64,000 bases of DNA from assembly GCA_964016885.1 (NCBI GenBank), contig OZ024758.1, positions 29,016,001 to 29,080,000 of the forward strand, given 5' to 3'. The position numbers and the translations under genes are program-made. The stretch's first letter is position 1; every line of letters starts with the position of its first letter. Under the pieces are notes generated by a model. That model searched no databases. It saw only the letters and a list, made by a program, of their open reading frames with translations, and had not been told where the DNA came from. The DNA comes from Eledone cirrhosa (lineage: Eukaryota). Positions 51,787 to 64,000 of this stretch are shown in pieces.

Positions 51787-54700
51787 GCATTGGCCTTGAA
51801 TTTTAAATGTGAAATAACCATAGTCAGTATGATCTTTTTCAGCTCCAAAGGACGTCATCTGAAACACGGCAATATACCGCATAACATTGCTTCTGAAGTG
51901 TTTAGCTTCGTTAGTATCAAATTTTCTTTGTTCTGTAAAATCAAAGATTGTAAAACGACTTTATAAAAGCTAATGCAATATTGTTAAACCTTCTTGTAGA
52001 TCAAAGGATCTATAGTTTAAGCCATTTCTAGACGTTCGTGGGACGTTACTCTCTCTCTTTCTCTCTGTATATTTTATTGTATATGGTCTGAAATCAAATC
52101 CCACCAAGGTTAACTTTGTCTTTCATCCTTACGAGGTCAATAAAATAAAGTACCAGTCATGCACTGGGGTCAATTTAAATCGACTTTCCCCTCCCCCAGA
52201 ATTGCTGGCCTTGTGCATAAGAAACCATTATTATTATTGAGGGCAGTTTGGCAGTATCAGTAGAGCGTCAGACAACATGCTTTGCAGTATAGTTATGGCC
52301 CTTTACGCTCTGGATTCAAATCTCGCCATGGTCAATTTTGCCTTTCATCCTTAAGGGGTCGATAAAATAAAGTACCAGTAATACACTGGAGTAATTGCTG
52401 GCCTTGTGCCAAAAGTAGAAACAATTATTATGCATTTTACATCTGCTTTTCATTCCGGCATGGGTTGGATGGATTGTCATAGTCTGGGACAGGACTGATC
52501 GAATTAACCCATCTTGTATATTTGGCTTGGTTTCTATATCTGGATGCCTTTCTTACTGCCAATCTCCTTACAGGGTGTACTGGGTGCATTTTTCAAGGCA
52601 CCAACATTATTGCCAGGTTGTGTTTCTGTCTGGGGTTTCTTTTTTGTGTTTTTTTTTGTTTTTTTTTTATCATTCCTAAAGTACCTATTATTGTAGGGAT
52701 CATTTCTGTTTTCATCATCCACATTCAAGTTATTTTTATCAGTCTATAGATCTTTATATTTGGATATTTTCTCCATTTCCTTGATAGATATATTGTCTGT
52801 GAGGATTGATACACACCAATTAGAAGATATTTTATCTTTATTATTATTTTTGTTGTTGTTATTGCATTTCAATCCAGATGTCAATTATTTATATTCACTT
52901 GTAACAAAATATTGTTGCCATTTTCAGTAGCAGTTCTGGTGACACCATATTACATATATATTTGAATTAAGTAGGCATTCTTCAGATTTTTTCTATTCAT
53001 CTCAAATTAGATCTTTCTGCAGAACTTGATTGACTTAAGGGCAAAGGATTGGCAGAAGTGTTAGAATATCAGCCCGAGTTCTGTACTATTTAGTCATGCC
53101 ACTTCTTGTTCTGAGTTCAAATCCCACTGTGACCACCTTTGCCTTTCATCTTTCTGGGGTCAATAGAATAAAGTGCCAGTCAAATACTGGAGTTCATTTA
53201 AATTCCTATAATGCATCCTAGATGTGAATGCACCTCTTTCTGTTCAAACCAGCTATAACCAGCCACTCATACCGATGTTAAGGTATTGTTCTCAAAATAA
53301 ATATTAAAATCTCATAGATTCAGTATTATGTGAGGTAAAGCCTTTATTGTGAAAATATCATAGTAAATATAGAGTAATGTGAATGCTAAAGGGTTAAATA
53401 CTAAACTTCCCATTTTAACGTGTTTTGCTGCTGTTTTCCATACTTCCATGGGTTAGGCAGGTTGTCACATATTGAGTCAAGACTGATCAGGTGACAGCTT
53501 GTCATATTTTTTGGTTTTCACTTGGTTTCTATAGCTGGATACACAGCATGTACTGAGATCATTTTATCATGACTCCAGCACTACCCTTTTACAGAGTGGA
53601 CTGGGTGCATCTATTGTGGCACCAGCACTACAACTTTACAGTGCAGACTGGGTGTTTGTTTTTTTATTGTGACACCAGCAATATCACTTTACAGATTGCA
53701 TTTTTATTGTGTTCATACCTAGATTAAAACCTTCCTAGATAATTTTATGTGAAATCTTTTAACAACATAACGAAAAGTTTATTTTACTCAGACCTTCTGG
53801 ATCATTTTCAAAATTAATTAAAGCATATTTCATTACGAATATAGTCCGGTGTGGTGATGGGGGCAGGGGGCGTTTTTTTTTGTTTGTTTTTTTTCATTTG
53901 AATCTTTATCAACTTAACCTTGTAATTCAGTAATTACCTGTGAAAAACTAATTGGTATATATTGTCAGAAACTAGGCTATATAATCATTTCTTGGTGTCT
54001 CCTGTTCTTTTGCAATTCCTAAGCTATAAATTTACCACATCTCCAGTATTATAGTATGTCCCACAATAATAACACTGGAAATGTTATCTACTAATGTTAG
54101 AAATTGCCAGTTAATGACCTCAAAAACTTGGGCTTGGCTACAGCATTCTTTCTTGTTAACATTGATACTACCACATTTCTTTATCACATTTTTGCCCTTT
54201 ATTATTATTGTCATTGTTAAATTCCATGGTACTGAAATTGTGATTATATATTTTGGTTGTCATTTAGAATGTTCTCTGTATTGATATATTTTAATTGTAA
54301 TAGCGATGAGATTCTTGTGTGTAAATGTGTATATGTAGACTCTTAAGAAAAAAGATGAAAATAGACTAGACTCCTTTGAGATGCAATGCCTGAGCTTTAT
54401 AGCAGGAGTGAGAAACAGATAATGTAGAATGTGATAGGCTAGGAGGCAATATTACAATTGTCCAAGCCATATAAAAATGCTGACTCTCCCTAACTGAACA
54501 CATCTATGGTCTACCAAGTTTTCAAGGAAGATTTCCAAGGTCCAAGAAAAAAAGAGGCAAACCATCAAAGAGATGGAAAAACAATGTCTGGGAAGACCTG
54601 AAATTACTGCTTTTGGTATTCAAACAACTAGCACAGAATGAAATCCAATGAGGGCAATGCATACACTTTAACCCTTTAGCATTTAAACCGGCCATATCCG

Positions 54701-54985
54701 GCCAGAATTCTCTCACCTCTTTCTGTTCAAACCGGCTGTAACTAGCCACTCATATGAACATTAAGGTATTGTTCTCAAAAATATCAAAATCTCATAGATT
54801 CAATATTATGAGAAACAAATCCTTTACCATGAAAATATAATAGTAAATATAGAGTAATGTAAATGTTTAGGGTTAATGGCTAGCAAGGGTGCTGAATAGG
54901 TATATACATAAATCATATTTAACTTGTACTAATTAACATTAGATTATATTGAATGTTTTTGTTTTGTTTTGTTTTTTTTCAAAAT

Positions 54986-55148
54986 TACCGTATTTCCCGG
55001 CACCGAAGACACTTCATCCTTGAGAACGCACCCTATTTTTGAAAAACAATAATAAACAACCTTCGGCCTCCAGGACGCATGGTAGATTTTTGAGACTTAT
55101 TTTAGAAAAAAAGTAGCATCTTTGACTCCAGGAAATACGGTTACGGTA
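54986..55148. mobile_element. TcMar-type MITE
   Basis: TACCGTATTTCCCGG / CCAGGAAATACGGT termini. Confidence 0.6.
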
Positions 55149-55154
55149 ATTTGC

Positions 55155-55440
55155 AAGTTTAATTGAGAGATCACAGCTCCGATACTTTGAGCATGTGGTT
55201 AGAATGTCTCTGGAAAGAATTGCTGGACAGATTTTATGGGTGAAACCAATAGATAGGCGACCCAGGGGTAGACCCCAACTAAGATGGTTGGATAACATCC
55301 ATGAGCTTGGCTGGTCACGCTTGGGGATCCAGCTGGATCAGTTGGAGACGGTTGTTTCTGACAGGACCCACTGGAAGGAGTGTTTGAGGACTCTTCCCCC
55401 ACGGCCCTCTCAAGAATAAGTGGGCGAAGAAGAAGAAATA
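55155..55440 (+). mobile_element. 3' end of a second RTE-like LINE family
   Basis: IERSQLRYFEHVVRM...RRPRGRPQLRWLDNI...DRTHWKECLRTLPPRPSQE*, followed by a GAA-repeat tail. Confidence 0.7.
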
Positions 55441-56777
55441 CTTGTGCTGCTTCACTTTCAGTTGTCCCATTTGTAGCATTAGTGCAAAACCAAACTGCAT
55501 AACTCATATCAACTCTTCATCCCTTTTAAATACACAAAAATAAAAGAAGCCCCTATACTTTGTGTCCAATCTTTACTCACATAATGATGATTTTTGAAAG
55601 TATGAGTTTTAATTCTGGCATAGGTTGGTTAACTGGATAAAGCTTTGACAGGGTCCTTATGGTATATTGCGCATAGCTGTGTCTCAACAGTGGTTGTATT
55701 CATACTTCTTCCACAGCATAATAAACAAAGTACTTGAAGTTTGATATGTTTGTTGCTCCCCTATACCAACAAAGCTTTATCTTATGTGTGACTTCCACTA
55801 TTTGAAATTATTAAACAGCAAGAGTGTTTATCACATTAACCTAAATAGCTTCTGTACTAACACAGCAACAGCAACATTTTTCATTGAATTTCATCATCTT
55901 ATGTTATTTCTATTTCATGTCAAGAAGAGTTTTTCTGAGACATTTCTTTCTAACAAATAGAAAAAGAAAGGAAAGTCCAATAAGACAGAAATGCATTTAT
56001 GATTAAAATTTGGTGATTTTTTTTTCTCTTCTCATCTTCACTATTAAAAAATGTAAGATGTGTAGCCTAGTGGTTAGAATGTTGAGTTCACGATCATTAT
56101 GTCATGAGTTTGAGTGACCTGTTGTGTCTTTGGACAAAGTATTTCATTTCATGTTGCTTCAGTTCACTCAGCTAAAAATGAGTACCAACATCAGTTTGGA
56201 GTTAATCCTGCCACTGACTGACATCCCATTCAAAGGAAAGTCTTGAACCATGTCGCTTAACATCGTATAAAACCAGGGTAAGCTCTGGTCATCGTCCAAA
56301 CAAGGAAAAACATGCATGAAAATGATATGCAAGTGGCTGAACATTCCAGGCATGTTCCCCTTTAATGTAGTTCTCAGGGAAAACTGACAGAACACAGGAT
56401 GTAAGAAGGCTGGCCCTTTGAATTACAGGTACAACTTTGCCAACTAAGTGGACTGGAGCATTGGGAATTAAAGTGTATTGCTCTTGAACACAATGTGGTT
56501 ACGGAATCAAACTCACATCCTTACAATAGTGAATCAATCCCTCTAACCACTAAGCTATGTATTTTGAAATATGTCTACTTTGCATATTTTATTATCCAAC
56601 TCATGCAAGCATAGAACAGCAGACATAAAATGATGATGATGATGTTCAGATTTGTTGTTTTATGAAATTTGGAAAAATTTAGAATGCCAAAATCATATTT
56701 TTAAATTATAATCTGTATTTAAATATTTAAAATAAGATATTTCTATACTTTGAAGTCTAACTAGGGTGGTCTTATCA

Positions 56778-56831
<54 letters not shown>

Positions 56832-58509
56832 GATCGCTCTCTTTCTCTCACTGCCTCCATCTCTCTCACTATTATAAGTAAATAGGAGCCCATGTGCTGA
56901 ACGCCCTGCGGCCCTGGCAGACAGAATAGGGAAGGTGTTTCCATGGAGAATGGTGAGGGAGACACGTTGGAAGAACCATTCCAGATCACATCTGCGGGTA
57001 GCCAACTCTGTGCCGATGGTGGTGAGCAGAGAGAGGTGGTCCTAGGGCCAAGGACACCAGAAGTCTCCACTGCTTAAAATAGTACTTTATAAATACTGTT
57101 GGTTGGAAGATTGTCCATCTGTTGCTCTGTATCAACACTCCCACCCCTCACCCTATTTTCACTACCATTGCCCTAATACATTAACTCCCCTCCCCCCACC
57201 CCAAATATTGAAACATTCTGTCCTTTCCCTCACGATATCATGGAGTCAGTTTCAGGCTACTGCTGATTATCTATATAGCCAGAATTTCTGTTTGTTGGGG
57301 GTGGGCTGGGGCAACAACAGAAGCACTATCTTAGTACATAGAGCCTGACAGTCAGTATACTGGATGATAAGTTGTCCTGTTAACAACTCCCCCCCAGCCT
57401 TCCCAGTTTACTCCACCTCAACCAAGCTGCCGCAGAGTACCACTGTAACATTTTTTCCAGTACCCATGTAGCAGAGGCAAACTTATCCTTTGCCACTGAG
57501 AATTCCCAGACTTAGACTGACACTGTAAAAGTAGCCCCTCTTGAACAGCAGTAACTCCGGAGTGGGAGGAGGACATTAACTCAAAGTATGGGCTAATACA
57601 GGTGTAGAGGGAGCTCTGTAGTTCTACCAACTGGGTCAATCTGTGTAGTACTCGTAAAATGGTAGATAAAATATCCCCAGTACATGTTGTAAAGTGGTTG
57701 ATGGTAGGAAAGGTATCTAGCCATAGAAGCCATGCCAAAAAAAGCAATGTACAAATTAGGTACCGGCTCTATAAACCTCATCACAGGCTACTTATCTATA
57801 ATACTGATATCAATCAAATAAAACTGGTAAAGGTTAGGGGAGACTTGTAAGATCTTGTAATGATTTAGCAAAAACTATCTGTAAAAAAAAATGGGTTTGT
57901 TAATTTAGACCTTTGTGATATCTTTATTATTAGACAGATGATTGTGAAAATTTGCAGTATTAAAAAAAAAGAATTACATTTTTAGTGTGAGGCAATTGTA
58001 GTGATATTAATATGGTTCCATTTAGTACAGTGTATTAAAAGTTAAATCCCACATAAGATTACATCTCTCGTAATCAGTGACTCAACAAAATGCACTTAGT
58101 TTTCTCTGGTGTTGAGAGATGAATCAAGATATTTCAGTACAGAAGTAAATTTGTATTGAACATATTAAAGACTTAAAAGATAAAATATTTAGTCTAGTTA
58201 GTGTTAACATATTGAATGCCATGAGCATTAAAAAAAAAGTGTATTAGAAATAATTATGCAGTGAGGAAAAGACAATATTAGTGAATGACTAATATTATTT
58301 TAATTATTCTAGTAAGTACGGGAAAGCCCTTTGAGAATAGTGTGTGTGTGTGTGTGTATATATAGAGAGAGGGGGTGTGTGGAAGACTACAAATTATGGG
58401 AGTACTCAATGCATGGAGACTGAGTGGGTATAGAGAGAGGTATAGACCTGACCATGGTGCCAAGCAGTTGGGTTCATACATCTCTCTCTCTCTCTGTATA
58501 TGTATATAT

Positions 58510-59235
58510 GTATATATATATATATATAAAACAAAGAATGTCTGTGTATCTGTTTCCCTAAAACTTGAGAACTACCCAACCGGTTTTTTTTCAAACTTTA
58601 CACATGCAATACTTATGGTCCTATTAAGTGTTCAGAGCAAAAAAAATTTCAATGCCCTAGGGGCCGCATTATGCGATTTAGCGATATCTTTCTCTTAGTC
58701 TTTCTCTTTTTAGATAGATACATAGATATGACGTCGCGCCTTCTTAATATCTGTCTGTATGCCTGATGTCTGCATTACGCCATTATGACGCGATCAGTGT
58801 GTGTGTGTGTGTGTATATATATATTCTTATGCCAGGGAACGTCTTCACAAACCAAAGTATCGTCTTCCTGTTTTCCTTCGGTTGCAACGTTTTTCGAAAT
58901 ATTTATATCTGCATTCACAGATTGATTTTTTTTAGTTTCAGAAGATCCCGTTAAGGTTGAAAGCAGCGATTCTTTGCTTAAACATTAATATGTTATTTTA
59001 ATATAGATATTCGTGTACAGATATTTTTGCATACACAAAAACAAAATACAAGCAAACAAGGCCAACGATTACATCAGTTAGTCTTAGTGTACTTCATACT
59101 GCTTTTAAGTAGAAGATCTCGTTAAGGGTGAAAGCAGCGATTCATTTTCTGTGTTCACAGATTGATTTTTTTTTAGTTTCAGAAGATCCCTTTAAGTGTG
59201 AAAGCAGTGATTATTTGCTTAAACTTTAATCTGTT
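58510..59235 (+). mobile_element. Non-autonomous Helitron-like 5' portion with internal subrepeats
   Basis: TATATATAAAA...GAATGTCTGTGT...AACCGGTTTT...AAACTT start resembling invertebrate non-autonomous Helitrons; about 70-bp direct repeats near 58913-58983 and 59154-59224; CpG-rich. Confidence 0.4.
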
Positions 59236-59278
59236 GTTTTAATATACATATATATCTATCTATATATATATACATATA

Positions 59279-59317
<39 letters not shown>

Positions 59318-59348
59318 ATATATATGTGTGTGTGTATATATATATATA

Positions 59349-61375
59349 GCGTTAGTCGAGGGGAGTATAATAAGTAAGGCAATCAAGGATATGAAGACGG
59401 GTAAGGCGGCTGGGCCTTCGGAAATAATTGCTGAGATGCTGAAGGCATCTGGCACGGTGGGACACACCATGGTCACCCGCATAGTTAACCAAGTCGTACA
59501 GAATGGGGTTGTTCCGAAGGACTGGCATAGCAGCATCATCGTTAACTGTTATAAGGGTAAAGGAGACGCCCTAGATAGGAGTAACTATAGAGGCATTAAA
59601 TTAATCGACCAGGTCATGAAGGTCACGGAAAAAGTAATAGCGCAACTAATCAGATAGAGAATTGACCTAGATGAAATGCAGTTCGGGTTTGTGTCGGGCA
59701 AAAGCACCACAGACGCTCTTTTCATAGTACGACATCTACAGGAGAAGTACCTAGCTAAAGGTAAACCCCTCTACTTAGCTTTTGTCGACCTGGAGAAAGC
59801 CTTCGACAGAGTCCCCCGCTCCATTATCTGGTGGGCTCTTAGAAAACTAGGCGTTGACGAATGGCTTGTGAGGGCTATACAAGCCATGTATAAAGAAACA
59901 GTCAGCAAGGTTAGAATTAACAACGAATATAGTGAAGAGTTTAGCGTAAAAGTTGGCGTCCATCAGGGTTCTGTTCTCAGCCCCCTACTATTTATTATTG
60001 CCCTTCAGGCTATAACAGAGGAGTTCAAGACAGGCTGCCCATGGGAACTCCTATACGCAGACGACCTGACACTCATAGCGGAATCAATGGCCGAGCTAGA
60101 GAAGAAATTCCAAACATGGAAGCACGGCCTAGAGTCAAAAGGACTTAAAATTAACCTGGCTAAGACCAAAGTTCTAGTTTGTAGGAAAGAAAACAAGGCG
60201 GCGGTCCCTTCTGGGAAATGGTCGTGCTCAGTGTGTAGGAAAGGCGTAGGTAGAAACTCCATTTTATGTCCTAAATGCAAAGTATGGGTGCATAAAAGAT
60301 GTAGTGGGATCACAGGTAAGCTAACTAAGAACATAGATTTTACATGTGGCCGGTGTTCTGGTGCAATAAGTAGCAGCAAGTGCCCACAAAATACTAGCTC
60401 TTTCAATTGCGCAGAGGGTTCTATAGAAATAGTGGACAGCTTCCGTTACCTGGGCGATAAAATCAGCAGTGGGGGAGGGTGCTCTGAAAGTACTGTAGCT
60501 AGAGTCAGAACTGGTTGGAAAAAGTTCAGAGAGCTTATACCACTATTAGCTGCTAAAGGGTTCTCCCTAAAAATGAAAGGCAGGTTGTACGATGCCTGCA
60601 TACGAACAGCAATGTTGCATGGCAGTGAGACCTGGGCATTGTGTGCAGAGGATATACGCAGACTAGAGAGGAACGAAGCTTGCATGCTCCGCTGGATGTG
60701 TAACAGTAATATACGTGAACGGCAAAGCATAAACGAACTAAGGAAAAAATTAGAGATAAGAGGGATCAGATGTTGTTTACTCGAGAGAAGGCTACGTTGG
60801 TATGGACACGTGATGCGCATGAAAGTCGATAGCTGTATAACAAAGTGCAGGGCAATAAAGATAGACGGTAGCCACGGAATAGGCAGACCTAGAAAAACCT
60901 GGGACGAGCTGATAAACTCCGACCTCACACACTTACACCTCTCCAAGACAATGTCACTGGACCGAGACCTTTGGCGGTACTCAGTAACAGAGAAGACCCG
61001 CCTTGCCAGTAGGCATCTCTAACAAAATACACCCCGTCCCGTCACCACCCCCACCCCATCCACACCACCCCGTTCTATGTAAAGTTATGTTGGTGCCGCG
61101 CCATCCAGGCCGAAACAAATGAGATCGTGTAGGTGTCACGACAAAAAAACACACAGCCCACGCTGTAATGTGGCCGTGTAGGCAACACGGTAAAAGCCTC
61201 CCAGCCCCACACTGTAAATGTGGTTGGTGTTAGGAAGGGCATCCAACTGTAGAAAACCTGCCAGACAGTCCTATGCGAGCAAGACAATCACTCTTGCCTC
61301 AAGTGGGACTACCCCCGTCCAAACCCATGCAAGCGTGGAACACGGACGTTAAACGTTGATGATGATGATGATGAT
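59349..61375 (+). mobile_element. RTE-clade LINE, 5'-truncated; RT ORF with one in-frame stop, 3' UTR and (GAT)n tail
   Basis: One frame 59349-61022 with a single TAG at 59655: MKTGKAAGPS, NYRGIKL, QFGF, AFVDLEKAFDRV, GVHQGSVLSP, LLYADD, FRYLG, RLRWYGHVMR, GRPRKTW. No endonuclease domain present. Inserted in a (TA)/(TG) microsatellite. Confidence 0.95.
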
Positions 61376-61633
61376 ATATGTGTGTGTATATATGTGTGTG
61401 TGTATATATGTGTGTGTGTATATATGTGTGTGTATATATGTGTGTGTATATATGTGTGTATATATGTGTGTGTGTATATATATATATGTGTGTGTGTGTA
61501 TATATATATATGTGTGTGTGTGTATATATATATATGTGTGTGTGTATATATATATATATGTGTGTGTGTGTATATATATATATGTGTGTGTGTGTATATA
61601 TATATATATGTGTGTGTGTATGTGTGTGTGTAT

Positions 61634-62636
61634 GTGTGGCCGGTGCCCTCAGAATACTAGCTCATTCCATTGCACAGATGGTTCTATAGAAATAATTGAC
61701 ACCTTCTGTTACCTGGGTGACAAAATCAGCAGTGGTGGAGGGTGCTCCGAAAGTACAGTAGCTAGAGTCAGAACTGGATGGAAAAAGTTCAGAGCTTATA
61801 CCACTATTGGCCGCTAAAGGGTTCTCTCTAAAAATGAAAGGCAGGTTGTATGATGCCTGCATACGAACAGCAATGTTACATGGCAGTGAGACTTGGGCAT
61901 TGTGTGCAGAGGATATACGCAGACTGGAGAGGAACAAAGCATCCATGCTCCGTTGGATGTGTAATAGTAATATACGTGAACGGCAAAGCATAAATGAACT
62001 AAGGGAGAAATTAGAAATAAGAGGGATCAGATGTTGTTTACTCGAGAGAAGACTACGTTGGTATGGTCACGTGATGCACATGAAAGATGACGGCTGTATA
62101 AAAAAAGTGCAGGGCGATAAAAATAGACGGTAGCCACGGAGTAGGCAGACCCAGAAAAACCTGAGACGACTTGATAAATTCCGACCTCACACACTTACAC
62201 CTCTCCAAGACAATGTCACTGGACCGAGATCTTTGGCGCTACACAGTAATACAGAAGATCCGCCTTGCCTAAGTACAAAGCGAAACCTACAGTCAGTAGG
62301 CACCTCTAACAAGAATACACCCCCCCCCCCACCCCCACCCCATCCACACCACCCCTTTCGATGTAAAGTTATGTTGGTACCACAACATCCAGTCCAAAAT
62401 AAATGAGGTCGTGTAGGTGTCACACAAAAAAAACACACAGTCCACGCTGTAATGTGGCCGTATAGGTAACACAGTAAACGTGTTTGGTGTTAGGAAGAGC
62501 ATCCAGCCTTCGAAAACCTGCCAGACAGTCCTATACGAGCAGGACAACCAATCTTGCCTCAAGTGGGAAAATTCCCGTCCAAACCCATGCAAGCTTGGAA
62601 GATGGACGTTAAACAACGATGATGATGATGATGATA
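61634..62636 (+). mobile_element. Second, shorter 5'-truncated copy of the same RTE family (frameshifted)
   Basis: Colinear with about 60344-61375 (CGRC..FCYLGDKISSGGGCSES..RLRWYGHV); frameshift near 61795, premature stop, same 3' UTR and (GAT)n tail. Confidence 0.92.
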
Positions 62637-62668
62637 TATATATATGTGTATGTGTATATATATATATA

Positions 62669-62707
<39 letters not shown>

Positions 62708-64000
62708 ATATATATGTATATGTGTGTGTGTACCCTTGCAAGTAGGGAAAAGCGGACGTATGATGTATATATATATATATGTGTGTATGTATATATATAT
62801 ATGTATGTGTGTATGGGTATATATATATATATGTGTGTATGTATATATATATATATATATGTGTGTATGTATATATATATATATATATGTGTGTATGTAT
62901 ATATATATATATATATGTGTGTATGTATATATATATATATATATGTGTGTATGTATATATATATATATATATGTGTGTATGTATATATATATATATGTGT
63001 GTATGTATATATATATATGTGTGTATGTATATATATATATATATATGTGTGTATGTATATATATATATATATATGTGTGTATGTATATATATATATATAT
63101 ATGTGTGTATGTATATATATATATATATATGTGTGTATGTATATATATATATATATGTGTGTATGTATATATATATGTGTGTATGTATATATATATGTGT
63201 GTATGTATATATATATGTGTGTATGTATATATATATGTGTGTATGTATATATATGTATGTAGGGAGAGATGACCCCTTAGCCTTTGTCAAGGCAGAATTC
63301 TAGGAGAAGGAAAACTCTGATATAACACCTGCAACCCTGATGGTATCCAATGATGTTGACTTGTTCTTCTTTTTGGTAAATATTATCTTGGTTAAGAGAG
63401 TGGGACTGGCTTTGTGCAGTGCCTTTGCTCACTAAAAAAGCTTCACGGCACAGGCATTGCTTTATATCTGGAGATCTCTCTGCACTTGTCATCACATGGG
63501 CCCAGCACTATGTGTCAATAATTGTCACAGGTGTAGTGTTTGTACCAGAATTTTCAAGTCGCTGGCTGGACTAAAAAGTCACACCCGTTCAGCGCATCGG
63601 TAGGGGTTTTCCTACATGGATATAAAGTAGTGGCCGTACTCGAAAACGAGTTGGCAGCCACCGTATGTATATATATATGTGTGTATGTATATATATATGT
63701 GTATGTATATATATATGTGCGTATGTATATATATATGTGTGTATGTATATATATATGTGTATGTATATATATATATGTGTGTATGTATATATATATATAT
63801 ATGTGTGTATGTATATATATATATATATGTGTGTATGTATATATATATATATATGTGTGTATGTATATATATATATATATGTGTGTATGTATATATATAT
63901 ATATATATGTGTGTATGTATATATATATATATGTGTGTATGTATATATATTTATATGTGTGTGTATGTATATATATATATATGTGTGTGTGTATGTATAT
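62637..64000. repeat. Long compound (TA)n/(TG)n microsatellite with embedded retroelement pieces
   Basis: Visible directly; similar tracts at 59255-59348, 61376-61635, 20270-20325, 20738-20830, 21115-21153 and 21346-21387. Confidence 0.95.
63260..63665 (+). mobile_element. Fragment of a different RTE-like element ending in a C2H2 finger
   Basis: 63526-63603 encodes [25 protein letters not shown] (C-x2-C-x12-H-x4-H), as at the C-terminus of many RTE ORFs; embedded in TA/TG repeats. Confidence 0.5.

Noticed and set aside
60005-60946. Antisense ORFs of 133 and 166 aa
   Set aside because: Shadow frames of the RT coding sequence.
61356-63303. Cys/Val/Tyr/Ile-rich ORFs
   Set aside because: Translations of TA/TG microsatellites.
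37349-64000. Downstream septin exons (ESGLGKST P-loop)
   Set aside because: Not found by eye; probably beyond the window, though a short exon could have been missed.

Overview
AT-rich, microsatellite-rich animal genomic DNA, not prokaryotic. The SINE, RTE-LINE and (TA)n/(TG)n content suggests an octopus or other cephalopod (inference). The only confidently identified host gene is the 5' part of a septin-7-like gene on the + strand: coding exon 22023-22424, an exon at 37090-37348 encoding [28 protein letters not shown], and a possible alternative first exon at 29485-29568. The rest is intronic or intergenic and dense with mobile elements: a 5'-truncated RTE LINE with a PHD-like Zn finger in its RT ORF plus a tandem second copy, L1/Tx1-type 3' fragments, a mariner fossil, two tRNA-derived SINE groups, TTAA piggyBac-type MITEs, hAT- and TcMar-type MITEs, and Helitron-like ends. 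There are five minisatellites. Most notable: (i) a minimal type-I hammerhead ribozyme motif (20364-20431, - strand) and a perfect 117-bp palindrome built from a half-hammerhead, both set in (TA)n just upstream of the septin gene and resembling Penelope-like element remnants; (ii) two large minisatellites whose units are exactly transposon termini (a SINE Pol III A-box; a hAT TIR plus TSD). All alignments and counts were made by eye; no database searches were run.
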